DNA from: an uncultured Candidatus Saccharibacteria bacterium
Lineage (GTDB): Bacteria > Patescibacteriota > Minisyncoccia > Ryanbacterales > HO2-45-13
Direction of reading: 5' to 3'
DNA: 41,374 nt
Assembly (NCBI GenBank): GCA_964360995.1
Contig: CAYHYZ010000005.1
Span: forward strand, 1-41,374
Position numbers and translations under genes: made by a program. The notes under the pieces were generated by a model that was not told where the DNA came from, did no database searches, and saw only the letters and a program-made list of their open reading frames with translations. Below, piece after piece: positions 23,251 to 32,317 of the stretch (the first letter of the stretch is position 1; every line of letters starts with the position of its first letter).

Positions 23251-24923
23251 CGAACTTTTCGAAGTCCGACGATACCGACGCAAGACTAAAACGTGCACAT
23301 CTCGAGGAAGCGGAGAAGCTTGCCTCTGTTATGGCGGAGCGCTTCGGACTTCCGTATATCAATTTTCGCGTACTTCCTATTGATCTTGATGCGCTCAAAC
23401 TTGTTTCTGAGTCTGAAGCACGTCGTACCGGTATTGCAATATTCGAACGCGTGTCGAGAAAATTGCGCATTGCCGTAAAAAATCCAGAACTCCCCGCAAC
23501 GCAAGAAATGATTCAATCGCTCACAAAACAGCGCTTTCTCTTTGATTTATATTTAGTGTCACTCCCGTCGCTTGAACATGCGTGGAATAGATACGCCGAA
23601 ATTGTTACGGGGAATGATGCGCCCCCCGGAATCGTTGATATTGCGGTAGATCGTCTAAAAACATTTCAAGAGAATGTAGGATCAATTACAGACCTTGGGG
23701 CACTCATCACCACGGCCGCAGAAAACAGTGAAAAGTTTCGCGCAACAGATTTACTGGAACTTATTCTCGCAGGATCTCTTGCACTTGATGCCTCCGACGT
23801 ACATTTGGAGCAAGAGGAAAAACATACAGTGCTTCGGTATCGTCTCGATGGCGTACTCCACCAAGCAACCACCATTTCGAACGAAATATATAAACTATTA
23901 CTTTCTCGTATTAAGCTTGTATCGGAATTAAAACTCAATATTCACGACCGCGCACAAGATGGGAGATTTACGATTCGCCAATCAACTGGCGACATTGAGG
24001 TGCGCGTCTCTTCACTCCCCGGCCCAAACGGAGAATCGCTCGTGATGCGCGTACTCAATCCAAAAACGATTGCGCTTTCTCTTGAGGATCTGGGAATGCA
24101 ACGCCCGGTATACGAGCTCATCATCAAGGAGCTCGAGCGCCCAAATGGCATGATTGTTACCACGGGTCCCACGGGTTCTGGAAAAACAACAACGCTCTAT
24201 GCGTTTATTAAAAAAGTGCAATCCCCCGATATTAAGATTATCACCATTGAAAACCCTATCGAGTATCATCTCTCTGGTATTACACAAACACAAATTGACG
24301 CCGCGGGACATTATACATTTGAGACTGGTCTTGCGGCCATTCTCCGACAAGATCCCGATGTTATTCTGATTGGAGAAATCCGAAGCTTAGAAACTGCACA
24401 AACCGCGCTACACGCCGCACTTACCGGGCACCTCGTATTTTCAACACTCCACACAAACAATGCTGCGGGCACCATCCCTCGTCTTATCGATATTGGAGTG
24501 AAGCCAAATATTATTGCGCCGGCAGTGAATCTCGCAATTGCGCAACGTTTAGTGCGTAAACTTTGCAGTCACTGTAAACAATCATTCGCCCCGAACGCAG
24601 AGGAGCGCGCACGCATTGAGACAGCGCTACAAAGTATTCCAAAGGTACACGCGAGCATTATCCCAAAAGAGATCCTGATATGGCGCGCGCCGGGATGTAA
24701 AGAATGTACAACTATTGGATATAAAGGACGAATCGGTGTCTACGAAGCACTTCGCATTGATGATACGGTCGAGCGACTCATGCTTGGCACCCCATCTGAA
24801 GCGGATTTTTTTGAAGCAGGGCGCGCGCAAGGGATGCTCACAATGTATCAAGACGCAATGTTAAAGGTGATTGCCGGTGCAACAAGCTTGGAAGAAGTGG
24901 TGCGCGTCGTGGGGAGTGAATAA
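23247..24923 (+). CDS. pilB: type IV pilus / type II secretion assembly ATPase (PilB/GspE family)
   Basis: N-terminal T2SSE_N-like LPYINF, Walker A GPTGSGKTTTLYA, Asp box, Walker B DPDVILIGEIR, His box TGHLVFSTLHTN, tetracysteine CSHC...CKEC. Confidence 0.93.
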   Translation: MTNFSKSDDTDARLKRAHLEEAEKLASVMAERFGLPYINFRVLPIDLDALKLVSESEARRTGIAIFERVSRKLRIAVKNPELPATQEMIQSLTKQRFLFDLYLVSLPSLEHAWNRYAEIVTGNDAPPGIVDIAVDRLKTFQENVGSITDLGALITTAAENSEKFRATDLLELILAGSLALDASDVHLEQEEKHTVLRYRLDGVLHQATTISNEIYKLLLSRIKLVSELKLNIHDRAQDGRFTIRQSTGDIEVRVSSLPGPNGESLVMRVLNPKTIALSLEDLGMQRPVYELIIKELERPNGMIVTTGPTGSGKTTTLYAFIKKVQSPDIKIITIENPIEYHLSGITQTQIDAAGHYTFETGLAAILRQDPDVILIGEIRSLETAQTALHAALTGHLVFSTLHTNNAAGTIPRLIDIGVKPNIIAPAVNLAIAQRLVRKLCSHCKQSFAPNAEERARIETALQSIPKVHASIIPKEILIWRAPGCKECTTIGYKGRIGVYEALRIDDTVERLMLGTPSEADFFEAGRAQGMLTMYQDAMLKVIAGATSLEEVVRVVGSE

Positions 24924-24950
24924 TATATTTCTAAACAATAATATTTATAG

Positions 24951-24986
24951 AAAAAAATATTCCAGGCATCCCTGGAATATTTTTTT
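24951..24986. terminator. bidirectional terminator after pilB
   Basis: Perfect 16-bp palindrome aaaaaaatattccagg / cctggaatattttttt with loop catc. Confidence 0.8.
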
Positions 24987-25011
24987 GTTGCGCGCACAGT
25001 ATCGCTGGTGA

Positions 25012-25195
25012 TATAAAAATAAAAAATTCCCTCCAGAAGTCCCTAGGTAATTTGTCCCACCGAAGCAGGACGGAGCGCCTCTTCGAGGAATGGCCCAGCA
25101 CTTCCCGACAAGTCGGGACGCCAGATCACCCATGTACTAAAAGCGGCGCAGATAAGGATAACCTTAATTACCTAGAGGCTCCCACAGGGAATCAG
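25012..25195 (-). ncRNA. candidate ~175-nt rod-shaped structured RNA (6S-like architecture; family unassigned)
   Basis: A ~27-bp closing helix pairs the region around 25166-25193 with 25026-25053. Internal helices GUCCUGC-UUCG-GUGGGAC and CUGGC/GCUGG need G.U pairs that exist only in the minus-strand transcript (they are C.A on plus). The closing helix is followed by UUUUUUAUUUUU on the minus strand. Confidence 0.55.
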
Positions 25196-25224
25196 TAAAT
25201 ATGCTAGGCTAATGTTAGCAGAAT

Positions 25225-26259
25225 TTGATGCGTATGTCAAGCTCCGAAAACGACATTTCGACCCCAGGATCTCACTCTACGCTCGACGTGACGCTCCGTC
25301 CGCAGACGTGGGATGAGTACATTGGGCAGGAACAGATTAAGAATACGCTCCGTATTCTCATTGAAGCTGCCACAAAGCGTAGCGAGCCGATCGAGCACGT
25401 ATTGTTCTACGGCCCCCCAGGGCTTGGCAAAACAACGCTCGCGCATTTAATCGCGCGCGAGATGCATGCGCAGATGAAAATTACATCTGGTCCCGCTATT
25501 GAGCGCGTGGGGGATCTTGCGTCGCTACTGACCAATCTCTCTCCGGGAGACGTGCTCTTTATCGATGAAATCCACCGTATGAATAAGCTCGTCGAAGAAG
25601 TTCTCTACCCTGCGATGGAGTCGCGCACGATTGATATTATTATTGGGAAGGGGCCGTCAGCGCGCACCATTCAATTAGATCTCCCTCCATTCACATTACT
25701 TGCCGCAACGACGCGTGCAGGGCTTCTTTCAAGCCCATTGCGCTCACGATTCTCTGGCGGCGCATATCGGCTTACATTCTACGACCCGAGTGAGATTGAG
25801 CGTATCGTGCGCAGATCCGCTCGTGTGCTCGGCATTCCAACCGATGATGATGCCATTCTTCTTATTGCCGAGCGCAGCAGGAGAACGCCACGTATTGCAA
25901 ACCAACTTTTAAAACGCTGCCGTGATGTCGCAACCGTATCGGGGAGTGATCATATTACCAAAGATGCGGCGGTGAAAGCATTAAAACTCCTTGAGATTGA
26001 CGAACAAGGATTGAATGCGGAGGATCGTAGACTCCTCGAGGCGCTGATCGTAAAGTTTCGTGGAGGCCCGGTCGGAGTGAGCACTCTTGCTGCAGCAATT
26101 TCCGAAGACACCAGCACCATTGAAGAGCTATATGAACCATACCTCTTGCAACTTGGCTTTATTGAGCGCACACCGCGCGGTCGCCTTGCGACATCTCACG
26201 CATATGCGCACATGGGGATCTCTCTTCCGGAAGGACAGCCGCCCCTCATCGCCTCGTAA
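25225..26259 (+). CDS. ruvB: Holliday junction branch migration DNA helicase RuvB
   Basis: [16 protein letters not shown], Walker [17 protein letters not shown], Walker B LFIDEIHR, sensor and winged-helix C-terminus. The first ATG is at 25228. Confidence 0.96.
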   Translation: MMRMSSSENDISTPGSHSTLDVTLRPQTWDEYIGQEQIKNTLRILIEAATKRSEPIEHVLFYGPPGLGKTTLAHLIAREMHAQMKITSGPAIERVGDLASLLTNLSPGDVLFIDEIHRMNKLVEEVLYPAMESRTIDIIIGKGPSARTIQLDLPPFTLLAATTRAGLLSSPLRSRFSGGAYRLTFYDPSEIERIVRRSARVLGIPTDDDAILLIAERSRRTPRIANQLLKRCRDVATVSGSDHITKDAAVKALKLLEIDEQGLNAEDRRLLEALIVKFRGGPVGVSTLAAAISEDTSTIEELYEPYLLQLGFIERTPRGRLATSHAYAHMGISLPEGQPPLIAS

Positions 26260-26261
26260 CT

Positions 26262-26477
26262 ATGCCGGTACTTCCTCTCATTGGATTTGGTGGATTTCTT
26301 CTCCTCTACTCCCTCTTTATTGCAATAAATTTGTGGCATCTCCACACGTATCGGGTACCCGGAGAGCCTCCTCATCGACTACTCTACGTGCTTATCCCAC
26401 TGATGATAGTCCTTCTCTTAATGTCTCTCGTTGCATTTACACAAGTGCCATGGAATTCATTTATGCTATTCAAATGA
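26262..26477 (+). CDS. small two-helix membrane protein
   Basis: Starts 2 nt after the ruvB stop. Has two hydrophobic helices, and its stop overlaps the next gene's start (ATGA at 26474-26477). Confidence 0.5.
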   Translation: MPVLPLIGFGGFLLLYSLFIAINLWHLHTYRVPGEPPHRLLYVLIPLMIVLLLMSLVAFTQVPWNSFMLFK

Positions 26478-27028
26478 TTCACCTTCGAGACACTGAGCAT
26501 ATTGTAGTGATAATGCATCGTCACTGGGCGGTGCTACTGCTTCCTATTATTTCAACTATATTCATTGCAATTATCCCCCCTGCAATACTCCTACTTGTGT
26601 CTCGCGTGGCGCCCATACCAACCATTGCCCTCTCCAGCACGCTTGGGCTTTTTGTGCTCGTGATTTTTTGGCTGATACTCACCGCAACGCTACTGATAGA
26701 GCTAGTATATTATTGGCTTGACGTGTGGGTACTTACCAATGAGCGTGTGATTGACATTGAGCAACGGGGACTCTTTCATCGAGAAATTTCGGAATTTGGT
26801 GTAGAAAATGTCCAGGACGTCACGGTAGAAACTTTCACCTTTCTTGCAACTCTTCTCCATTTTGGTACTATCACCATTCATACGGCGGGAGATAAGAGCT
26901 TTGTCATTAAAGACATCCCAAACGCAAATAGTGTGCGGGAAATTATTATCAACACACAACGACAAGTGAATCGATATGTCGGGACACTCAAAGTGGGCGC
27001 AAATCAAACACAAGAAAGCCACGACTGA
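26474..27028 (+). CDS. membrane protein with bacterial PH (bPH_2/YdbT-like) domain
   Basis: ORF 26087-27028 trimmed to the ATGA-coupled ATG at 26474 (MIHLRDTEH). Two TM helices are followed by WVLTNERVIDIEQRGLFHREISEFGVENVQDVTVE...GTITIHTAG. Confidence 0.6.
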   Translation: MIHLRDTEHIVVIMHRHWAVLLLPIISTIFIAIIPPAILLLVSRVAPIPTIALSSTLGLFVLVIFWLILTATLLIELVYYWLDVWVLTNERVIDIEQRGLFHREISEFGVENVQDVTVETFTFLATLLHFGTITIHTAGDKSFVIKDIPNANSVREIIINTQRQVNRYVGTLKVGANQTQESHD

Positions 27029-27521
27029 TGCGAAGCGTGGTAATTTATTTTCGAAACTTGCACGCGCAATCACGATAGCCGCGAGAGACAAGGGGTCTGA
27101 TCCTAGCGCCAACGCAACGCTCGCGTCCGCCATAGAGAAAGCGCGTTCGTTTAATATGCCGAGCGATAATATTGAGCGCGCAATTACCAAGGCAACGGGT
27201 GTGGGAGAAGATGTACTCGCCACCGTGATGTATGAGGCGTATGGGCCTGGTGGAGTCGCAATGCTGCTGCTGGGTATTTCGGACAATAATAACCGCACCT
27301 CAAATGAAATAAAACATCTCCTGAAAGAGCACCGCGGGAAATGGGCGGAGGCTGGGAGCGTGCTCTGGGCATTTGATAAAACAAGCGAGGGGTGGGTGCC
27401 AAAAACCTATTCCATGGTGGCGCTTTCGACAGAAGATCGATCCGCACTCGAGGCACTGGTAGAGGTCTTAGATGATCATGAGGATGTCCAGGATATTTAT
27501 ACGAATGAATCGGGTGAATGA
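26976..27521 (+). CDS. yebC: YebC/PmpR-family transcriptional regulator, short form (181 aa)
   Basis: MSGHSKWAQIKHKKATTDAKRGNLFSKLARAITIAA...MPSDNIERAI...YEAYGPGGVA. Confidence 0.88.
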   Translation: MSGHSKWAQIKHKKATTDAKRGNLFSKLARAITIAARDKGSDPSANATLASAIEKARSFNMPSDNIERAITKATGVGEDVLATVMYEAYGPGGVAMLLLGISDNNNRTSNEIKHLLKEHRGKWAEAGSVLWAFDKTSEGWVPKTYSMVALSTEDRSALEALVEVLDDHEDVQDIYTNESGE

Positions 27522-27994
27522 ACATCATTGGGATCGACCCGGGGTATGGAAGATTAGGGGTTGCGGTGGTCTCTCCGCATACGTCAGGGCGCATAGAACT
27601 CATACATGCGTCCCTCATTGAAACCCCTACAAACTTCTCACTTGCTGAGCGACTGTTCGAGGTACAGGCCGCACTCGCGCGCATTATTGCACTCTATACG
27701 CCGAGTGCCGCTGGGGTTGAAACACTCTACATGTCTAAAAACACCAAAACTGCTATTGGAGTTGCTGGGGCTCGTGGAGTCGTGCTCGCCTTACTTGCGG
27801 GAAATCACATCCCTGTACTCGACATTACCCCAAATCAAGTAAAACTTGCGCTCACAGGCCATGGGAGAGCAGAAAAAGAGCAAGTGGGACATATGGTAGA
27901 GCGAATTCTCACTGCCCCTTCAGGAGTTTTACAGGATGACGTGATGGACGCGATCGCCATTGCCATCACGGCTGAACGCTTGTATCGTCCATAG
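27518..27994 (+). CDS. ruvC: crossover junction endodeoxyribonuclease RuvC
   Basis: MNIIGIDPGYGRLGVAVV, YMSKNTKTAIGVAGARGV, DDVMDAIAIAI. ATGA overlap with yebC. Confidence 0.93.
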   Translation: MNIIGIDPGYGRLGVAVVSPHTSGRIELIHASLIETPTNFSLAERLFEVQAALARIIALYTPSAAGVETLYMSKNTKTAIGVAGARGVVLALLAGNHIPVLDITPNQVKLALTGHGRAEKEQVGHMVERILTAPSGVLQDDVMDAIAIAITAERLYRP

Positions 27995-27995
27995 G

Positions 27996-28004
27996 TTATC
28001 CACA
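27996..28004 (+). promoter_or_regulatory. isolated perfect DnaA box
   Basis: TTATCCACA matches the 9-mer consensus exactly, 2 nt after the ruvC stop. Confidence 0.4.
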
Positions 28005-28090
28005 TTCACTGCACACTCTTTACACATGAGCTGGTTCTTGATAAGAATAGAGCACTGATTACTAGGGGTCTCATTTGACACTAATGCATT

Positions 28091-28219
28091 ATGGATCAGT
28101 TTGAAGAATTCATGCCAGATGAAGTCGAGGAAGTAGAAACTGCAAAATTAGAGGAGGCACTCCTCGATGGGAAAAGTGAAGAGGCTGCGGACGCAATTGA
28201 AGAAGATGAATTGATATAG
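28091..28219 (+). CDS. possible 42-aa highly acidic peptide
   Basis: MDQFEEFMPDEVEEVETAKLEEALLDGKSEEAADAIEEDELI. No SD. Followed by a 7-bp hairpin (28232-28238/28249-28255) plus a T-run. Confidence 0.25.
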   Translation: MDQFEEFMPDEVEEVETAKLEEALLDGKSEEAADAIEEDELI

Positions 28220-28268
28220 CGCACAAAGAATATACCCTCCTGATCGGCAGGGTATTTTCTCATCACAC

Positions 28269-30761
28269 ATGAAACGAATATTTCGAATTGCTAAAAAACA
28301 TCCCGCATTGTCCGTCGCCGTTGCTACGGCGACTTTACTGCTCATCGGAATGATTGCATTTATGCTGTTGTTCTATTTTATTGCGATCCCGAATATTGAA
28401 AGCCTTGCGGAAAGAGAGGTGGTGGAATCCACAAAAATATATGATCGCACCGGGCAAATTTTACTTTGGGAGCTGCACGGCGAGGAGCGCCGCACAGTAG
28501 TACCTTTTGAGGAAATTGGGAGAAATATAAAAAATGCAACAGTCGCAATTGAGGACGCGGACTTTTACTCTCACCCCGGCGTAGATATCCGTGGGATTCT
28601 TCGCGCACTGATCGTTGATGTGCTCTCTGGAGAGATTAAACAAGGAGGGTCAACTATCACACAGCAATTGGTAAAATATGCACTACTCAACCCCAGACAG
28701 ACCATAACGAGAAAAATTAAAGAAGCAATCATCGCCCTGAAACTTGAGACGGTGTATGCAAAAGACGAGATTCTTAACTTATACCTTAATGAGATCCCGT
28801 ACGGATCAAATGCATATGGAGTTGAATCCGCCGCGGAAACTTTTTTTGGAAAGCATGCGTCGGAACTCTCACTTGCTCAGTCAGCATATATTGCCGCTAT
28901 CGCGAACGCCCCCACTCGGTACTCTCCGTATGGGAACAACCGTGATTTACTTGAGGATCGAAAAAATTTGGTGCTCTCACGCATGAAAGACCTTAACTAC
29001 ATCACGGAAGAAGAGTTTAATTTGGGTATGAACGAATCTGTGACGTTTCTTGCTCCTTCTTCTCGGGGTATCCGCGCCCCACACTTTGTGATGTATGTGC
29101 GCTCACTCCTTGAAGAACAATTCCCGGAACTCGATGTAGAGCGGCAAGGATATAAAATTATCACGTCACTCGATGTTGATATGCAGACGAAGGGAGAGGA
29201 GGTGGTGAAAAAATATGCCGAGTCAAATACGAAGAATTTTAATGCGACCAATGCGGGCCTTGTTGCGTTAGAACCAAAAACTGGACACATTCTCGCGATG
29301 ATTGGATCTCGGGATTACTTTGACATTGAGCATGATGGGAACTACAACGTCACGCTCGCTAAACGCCAACCTGGATCTTCATTTAAACCTATTGTGTATG
29401 CGGCCGCATTCGAGAAAGGATATACCCCGGAGACAGTCGTTTTTGACCTGCAGACGGAATTTTCTACCACCAACACATCCTCCTACATGCCATCAAATTA
29501 CGACCTGAAATTCCGTGGCCCCATGATGCTCCGTGACGCACTCGCACAATCTATTAACATCCCTGCAGTAAAGATGCTCTATCTCACGGGCATGAATACT
29601 ACGCTCACGCTCGCGCGAAAAATGGGAATCTCCACGCTGACCGACCCTAGTCGGTTTGGGCTCTCCCTCGTACTTGGTGGGGGTGAGGTGATGCCAATTG
29701 AACTCACCAACGCATACGCCACATTCGCAAATAATTGTTTTTACACACCACATTCCGCAATTTTGAAAATTGAAACGAATATTGGATCGGTTGTATATGA
29801 GTATGAGCCTATGAGTACTCCTGTGCTCCAACCCACGACCGTTGCCGCGATATCAAGTATTCTTTCAGATAACAAAGCGCGCACGCCAATGTTTGGTGCG
29901 CAATCTCCTCTCTACTTTTCCTCAGGAGAGGTTGCGGTAAAAACAGGAACATCAAATGATTTTCGAGACTCATGGGCCGTTGGATATAGTAGTGGTGTAG
30001 TAGTGGGCACGTGGGCGGGAAATAATGATAATTCTCCAGTGGTAAAACAGGTGGCAGGATTCATCGTCGCCCCTCTCTGGAGAGAATATATGGACTACGC
30101 GCTCACGAAATACCCACACGAACCATTCACTACGTACACTCCTGACGCCACTATTTCAAAACCAATCCTGAAAGGGGAGTGGAAGGGATCGCGTACCTAC
30201 ACCATCGATCGGATATCGGGGAAAATTGCGACTGAATTTACCCCTCAGGATGTTCGTGAAGAACGTATTATTCAGGAGATACATGATATTCTGCATTGGG
30301 TTGATAAAGATGACCCGAGAGGACCTATTCCAGATCGCCCCGACGGAGACGCTCAATATCAAAATTGGGAAGCGCCCGTGAGTATTTGGATGACAACACA
30401 GGGAATTACCAACAACACCACAATCCCCACAGAAACAGATACGGTGCATTTACCTGAGTATCAACCAAAGGGAGTTTTGCAAAATATCCCCACGGAACCT
30501 GTGGTGGGCGGATCCACACTTACTCTTACACTTCACACCACTTCAAAATATCCCATTAAACATATGGATATATTCTTTGATGGTAATTTTGTAAAATCAC
30601 AAACGAATAACTTCACTGCTATTTCATTGGAAATTCCCATAAGAAGTGTTGGTGAGAATCCTACGGAAACTCTCAAGAGTGACCTCTTAATTTACATCTA
30701 CGACACTATGGAAAATCGGGGGTTCGTTGCGGCACCTATCCTAGTCGCACCTCCACGATAA
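28269..30761 (+). CDS. class A penicillin-binding protein (glycosyltransferase + transpeptidase)
   Basis: N-terminal TM anchor. GT51 motifs ATVAIEDADFYSHPGVD, GGSTITQQLVK, RKIKEA. Transpeptidase motifs SSFKP (SxxK), SIN (SxN), KTGTSND (KTG). About 200-aa C-terminal extension. Confidence 0.93.
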   Translation: MKRIFRIAKKHPALSVAVATATLLLIGMIAFMLLFYFIAIPNIESLAEREVVESTKIYDRTGQILLWELHGEERRTVVPFEEIGRNIKNATVAIEDADFYSHPGVDIRGILRALIVDVLSGEIKQGGSTITQQLVKYALLNPRQTITRKIKEAIIALKLETVYAKDEILNLYLNEIPYGSNAYGVESAAETFFGKHASELSLAQSAYIAAIANAPTRYSPYGNNRDLLEDRKNLVLSRMKDLNYITEEEFNLGMNESVTFLAPSSRGIRAPHFVMYVRSLLEEQFPELDVERQGYKIITSLDVDMQTKGEEVVKKYAESNTKNFNATNAGLVALEPKTGHILAMIGSRDYFDIEHDGNYNVTLAKRQPGSSFKPIVYAAAFEKGYTPETVVFDLQTEFSTTNTSSYMPSNYDLKFRGPMMLRDALAQSINIPAVKMLYLTGMNTTLTLARKMGISTLTDPSRFGLSLVLGGGEVMPIELTNAYATFANNCFYTPHSAILKIETNIGSVVYEYEPMSTPVLQPTTVAAISSILSDNKARTPMFGAQSPLYFSSGEVAVKTGTSNDFRDSWAVGYSSGVVVGTWAGNNDNSPVVKQVAGFIVAPLWREYMDYALTKYPHEPFTTYTPDATISKPILKGEWKGSRTYTIDRISGKIATEFTPQDVREERIIQEIHDILHWVDKDDPRGPIPDRPDGDAQYQNWEAPVSIWMTTQGITNNTTIPTETDTVHLPEYQPKGVLQNIPTEPVVGGSTLTLTLHTTSKYPIKHMDIFFDGNFVKSQTNNFTAISLEIPIRSVGENPTETLKSDLLIYIYDTMENRGFVAAPILVAPPR

Positions 30762-31020
30762 CTCCTCCGGTGCGGCGCCGTATCTCTTGATCGATGTGTG
30801 TTTTTTGTTTTGTGAGTATGTGCCGCTCCCCTCCTGATAGTCCCCGTATTACCACGCAACCTTTCTGTAGTGTAATCACCCGAGACTCCATAGAAATGGA
30901 AATTTTTTTTTCTTGAAAGATATTTGTCAGTGCTTGGGAAATAAATACTGGATCAGACCCTTGTACGCGCGCAAGGGTGCTTTTATATTTTCTAAAATAC
31001 ATCTCAAACGACTGAAACAT
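30736..31020 (-). CDS. DUF721/DciA-like small protein downstream of dnaN
   Basis: 94 aa. Its ATG overlaps the dnaN stop (TAATG). The pattern VITLQKGCVVIRGLSGGERHILTKQKTHIDQEIRRRTGGVIVEV fits the DUF721 beta-alpha layout. Assignment is by position and pattern. Confidence 0.45.
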   Translation of the reverse strand: MFQSFEMYFRKYKSTLARVQGSDPVFISQALTNIFQEKKISISMESRVITLQKGCVVIRGLSGGERHILTKQKTHIDQEIRRRTGGVIVEVRLG

Positions 31021-32132
31021 TATTCTCGAATACCACGCATTGGCATAATAAGGTGTCGGTGTGTTCCGGTGCTATTTTTCATAAGCACCGCGTCTTTTCC
31101 TTTATTTGCCCCAATAAACACCTCCTGCTCAGTGAATGTTTGTAGAGCATCAGAAAGATATTTCCAATTCAATGTAATGTTCACCCCTTCACCAGTAATA
31201 TGCGCTGGGAGCACCGCGTGGTATTGGCCCACCTCCTGACTCTCTGATGTGAGAGTGATTCCTTCTCCAACTTTTAGTGATAAATACACATCATGTAGTT
31301 TTCCGGAAAATAGTTTTGCTTGTTTAATATGTTGAAATAATTTTTGCCTATCCACCACACACTCCGTGGTAAATTGTTTTGGGATTATCTCCTCATACGC
31401 GGGGAATGTCCCATCGATGAGTCGGGAATAAATTGTGGTATCTTTTGATCGTATAATCACGCCTTGTGGTGAGAAATGGAGATCAATCATTTCATCTGTG
31501 GTGTCTCTAAAAATTCTTACACACTCCTCTACCACCCCAACAGGGATCATAAATTGCTGTGTGCGCTCTGTGGTAGTGAATTCCCCTGGAGCAATACGCA
31601 CCTCTGAAAGGCGAAAACTGTCGGTAGATACACATGTTAAATCTTGTCGCACACGAAACAATACCGATCCCAACTCCTGTCGAATATTAAATGGGGAGGC
31701 AGATACAATCACACGGCCCATTGCATCAATAAATAATGATCGGTGCACGGAAATCACCGCTACATCTCGTTGTACAGGAAATGGTGGAAATTCGTCTGCT
31801 GATAGTGCTTGAAATTTTGTTTGTTGATTATTCACATCAATTGAGAGTTGGTGCGCACTCACACCAATAATCAACATCTCTGCATTTTCAATGTTTAGCA
31901 AAAAAGATGAAAATACTTTCGCTGGGATTGCCACTGATCCATTCTTTCCACTTGGACAGGAAAATTTTGTCTCTACACCAATTTCAAGATTTGTTGCCGC
32001 AACTGTTACTATCCCACCACTATAAGTTACTAAAATAGAATTTAAAATTGGGACTGCTGGATTTTTCCCAACAATACGCTCAACAGAGCTTACAGATTTT
32101 TTCAGAAGTTCGGCGGGGCATTCGAATTGCAT
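31020..32132 (-). CDS. dnaN: DNA polymerase III beta sliding clamp
   Basis: 370 aa, MQFECPAELLKKSVSSVERIVGKNPAVPILNSILV..., with three-domain length and position directly downstream of dnaA. Confidence 0.93.
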   Translation of the reverse strand: MQFECPAELLKKSVSSVERIVGKNPAVPILNSILVTYSGGIVTVAATNLEIGVETKFSCPSGKNGSVAIPAKVFSSFLLNIENAEMLIIGVSAHQLSIDVNNQQTKFQALSADEFPPFPVQRDVAVISVHRSLFIDAMGRVIVSASPFNIRQELGSVLFRVRQDLTCVSTDSFRLSEVRIAPGEFTTTERTQQFMIPVGVVEECVRIFRDTTDEMIDLHFSPQGVIIRSKDTTIYSRLIDGTFPAYEEIIPKQFTTECVVDRQKLFQHIKQAKLFSGKLHDVYLSLKVGEGITLTSESQEVGQYHAVLPAHITGEGVNITLNWKYLSDALQTFTEQEVFIGANKGKDAVLMKNSTGTHRHLIMPMRGIRE

Positions 32133-32317
32133 AGTAATAATATAATTATTCTTTATTAAATACTTATTACTATTATTAGCTGCGTGCGCATGTGGGGAAG
32201 TGTGTAATATTATTGCGCTGCAATGGAATTTTCATCTTTAAATAATAGGTATGGTACGGATAAGGTGTGGATGAATGTGGGAAGAATTTACTAGGAGTGT
32301 GTTGTTAGGTGATTTTT
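32133..32317. other. candidate oriC segment (AT-rich unwinding region + DnaA-box-like 9-mers)
   Basis: An almost pure A/T stretch spans 32134-32180. Boxes: TGTGGATGA (32266-32274, 1 mismatch), TGTGGGGAA (32191-32199, 2 mismatches), and TTATCCGTA on the minus strand (32254-32262, 2 mismatches). Classic dnaA-dnaN intergenic location. Confidence 0.6.

Noticed and set aside
25012-25195. Identifying the structured RNA as SRP (4.5S) RNA, RNase P RNA or tmRNA
   Set aside because: No GGAAGCAGC / AGCA symmetric-loop motif with a GNRA tetraloop (SRP). Too short and lacking GAGGAAAGUCC-type P4 sequences (RNase P). No tRNA-like acceptor/T-arm end (tmRNA). Left as an unassigned, 6S-like candidate.
26087-26473. 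N-terminal 129 codons of ORF 26087-27028
   Set aside because: They lie out of frame inside ruvB and the 71-aa membrane ORF and are Ser/Arg/Pro-rich. The ATGA-coupled ATG at 26474 starts exactly at the first TM helix.
26474-27521. Alternative genetic code (UGA recoding as in some CPR lineages)
   Set aside because: TGA functions as the stop in precise ATGA/GTGA start-stop overlaps (23247-23250, 26474-27477 region at 26474-26477, and 27518-27521). All recognised core genes are full length under the standard code.
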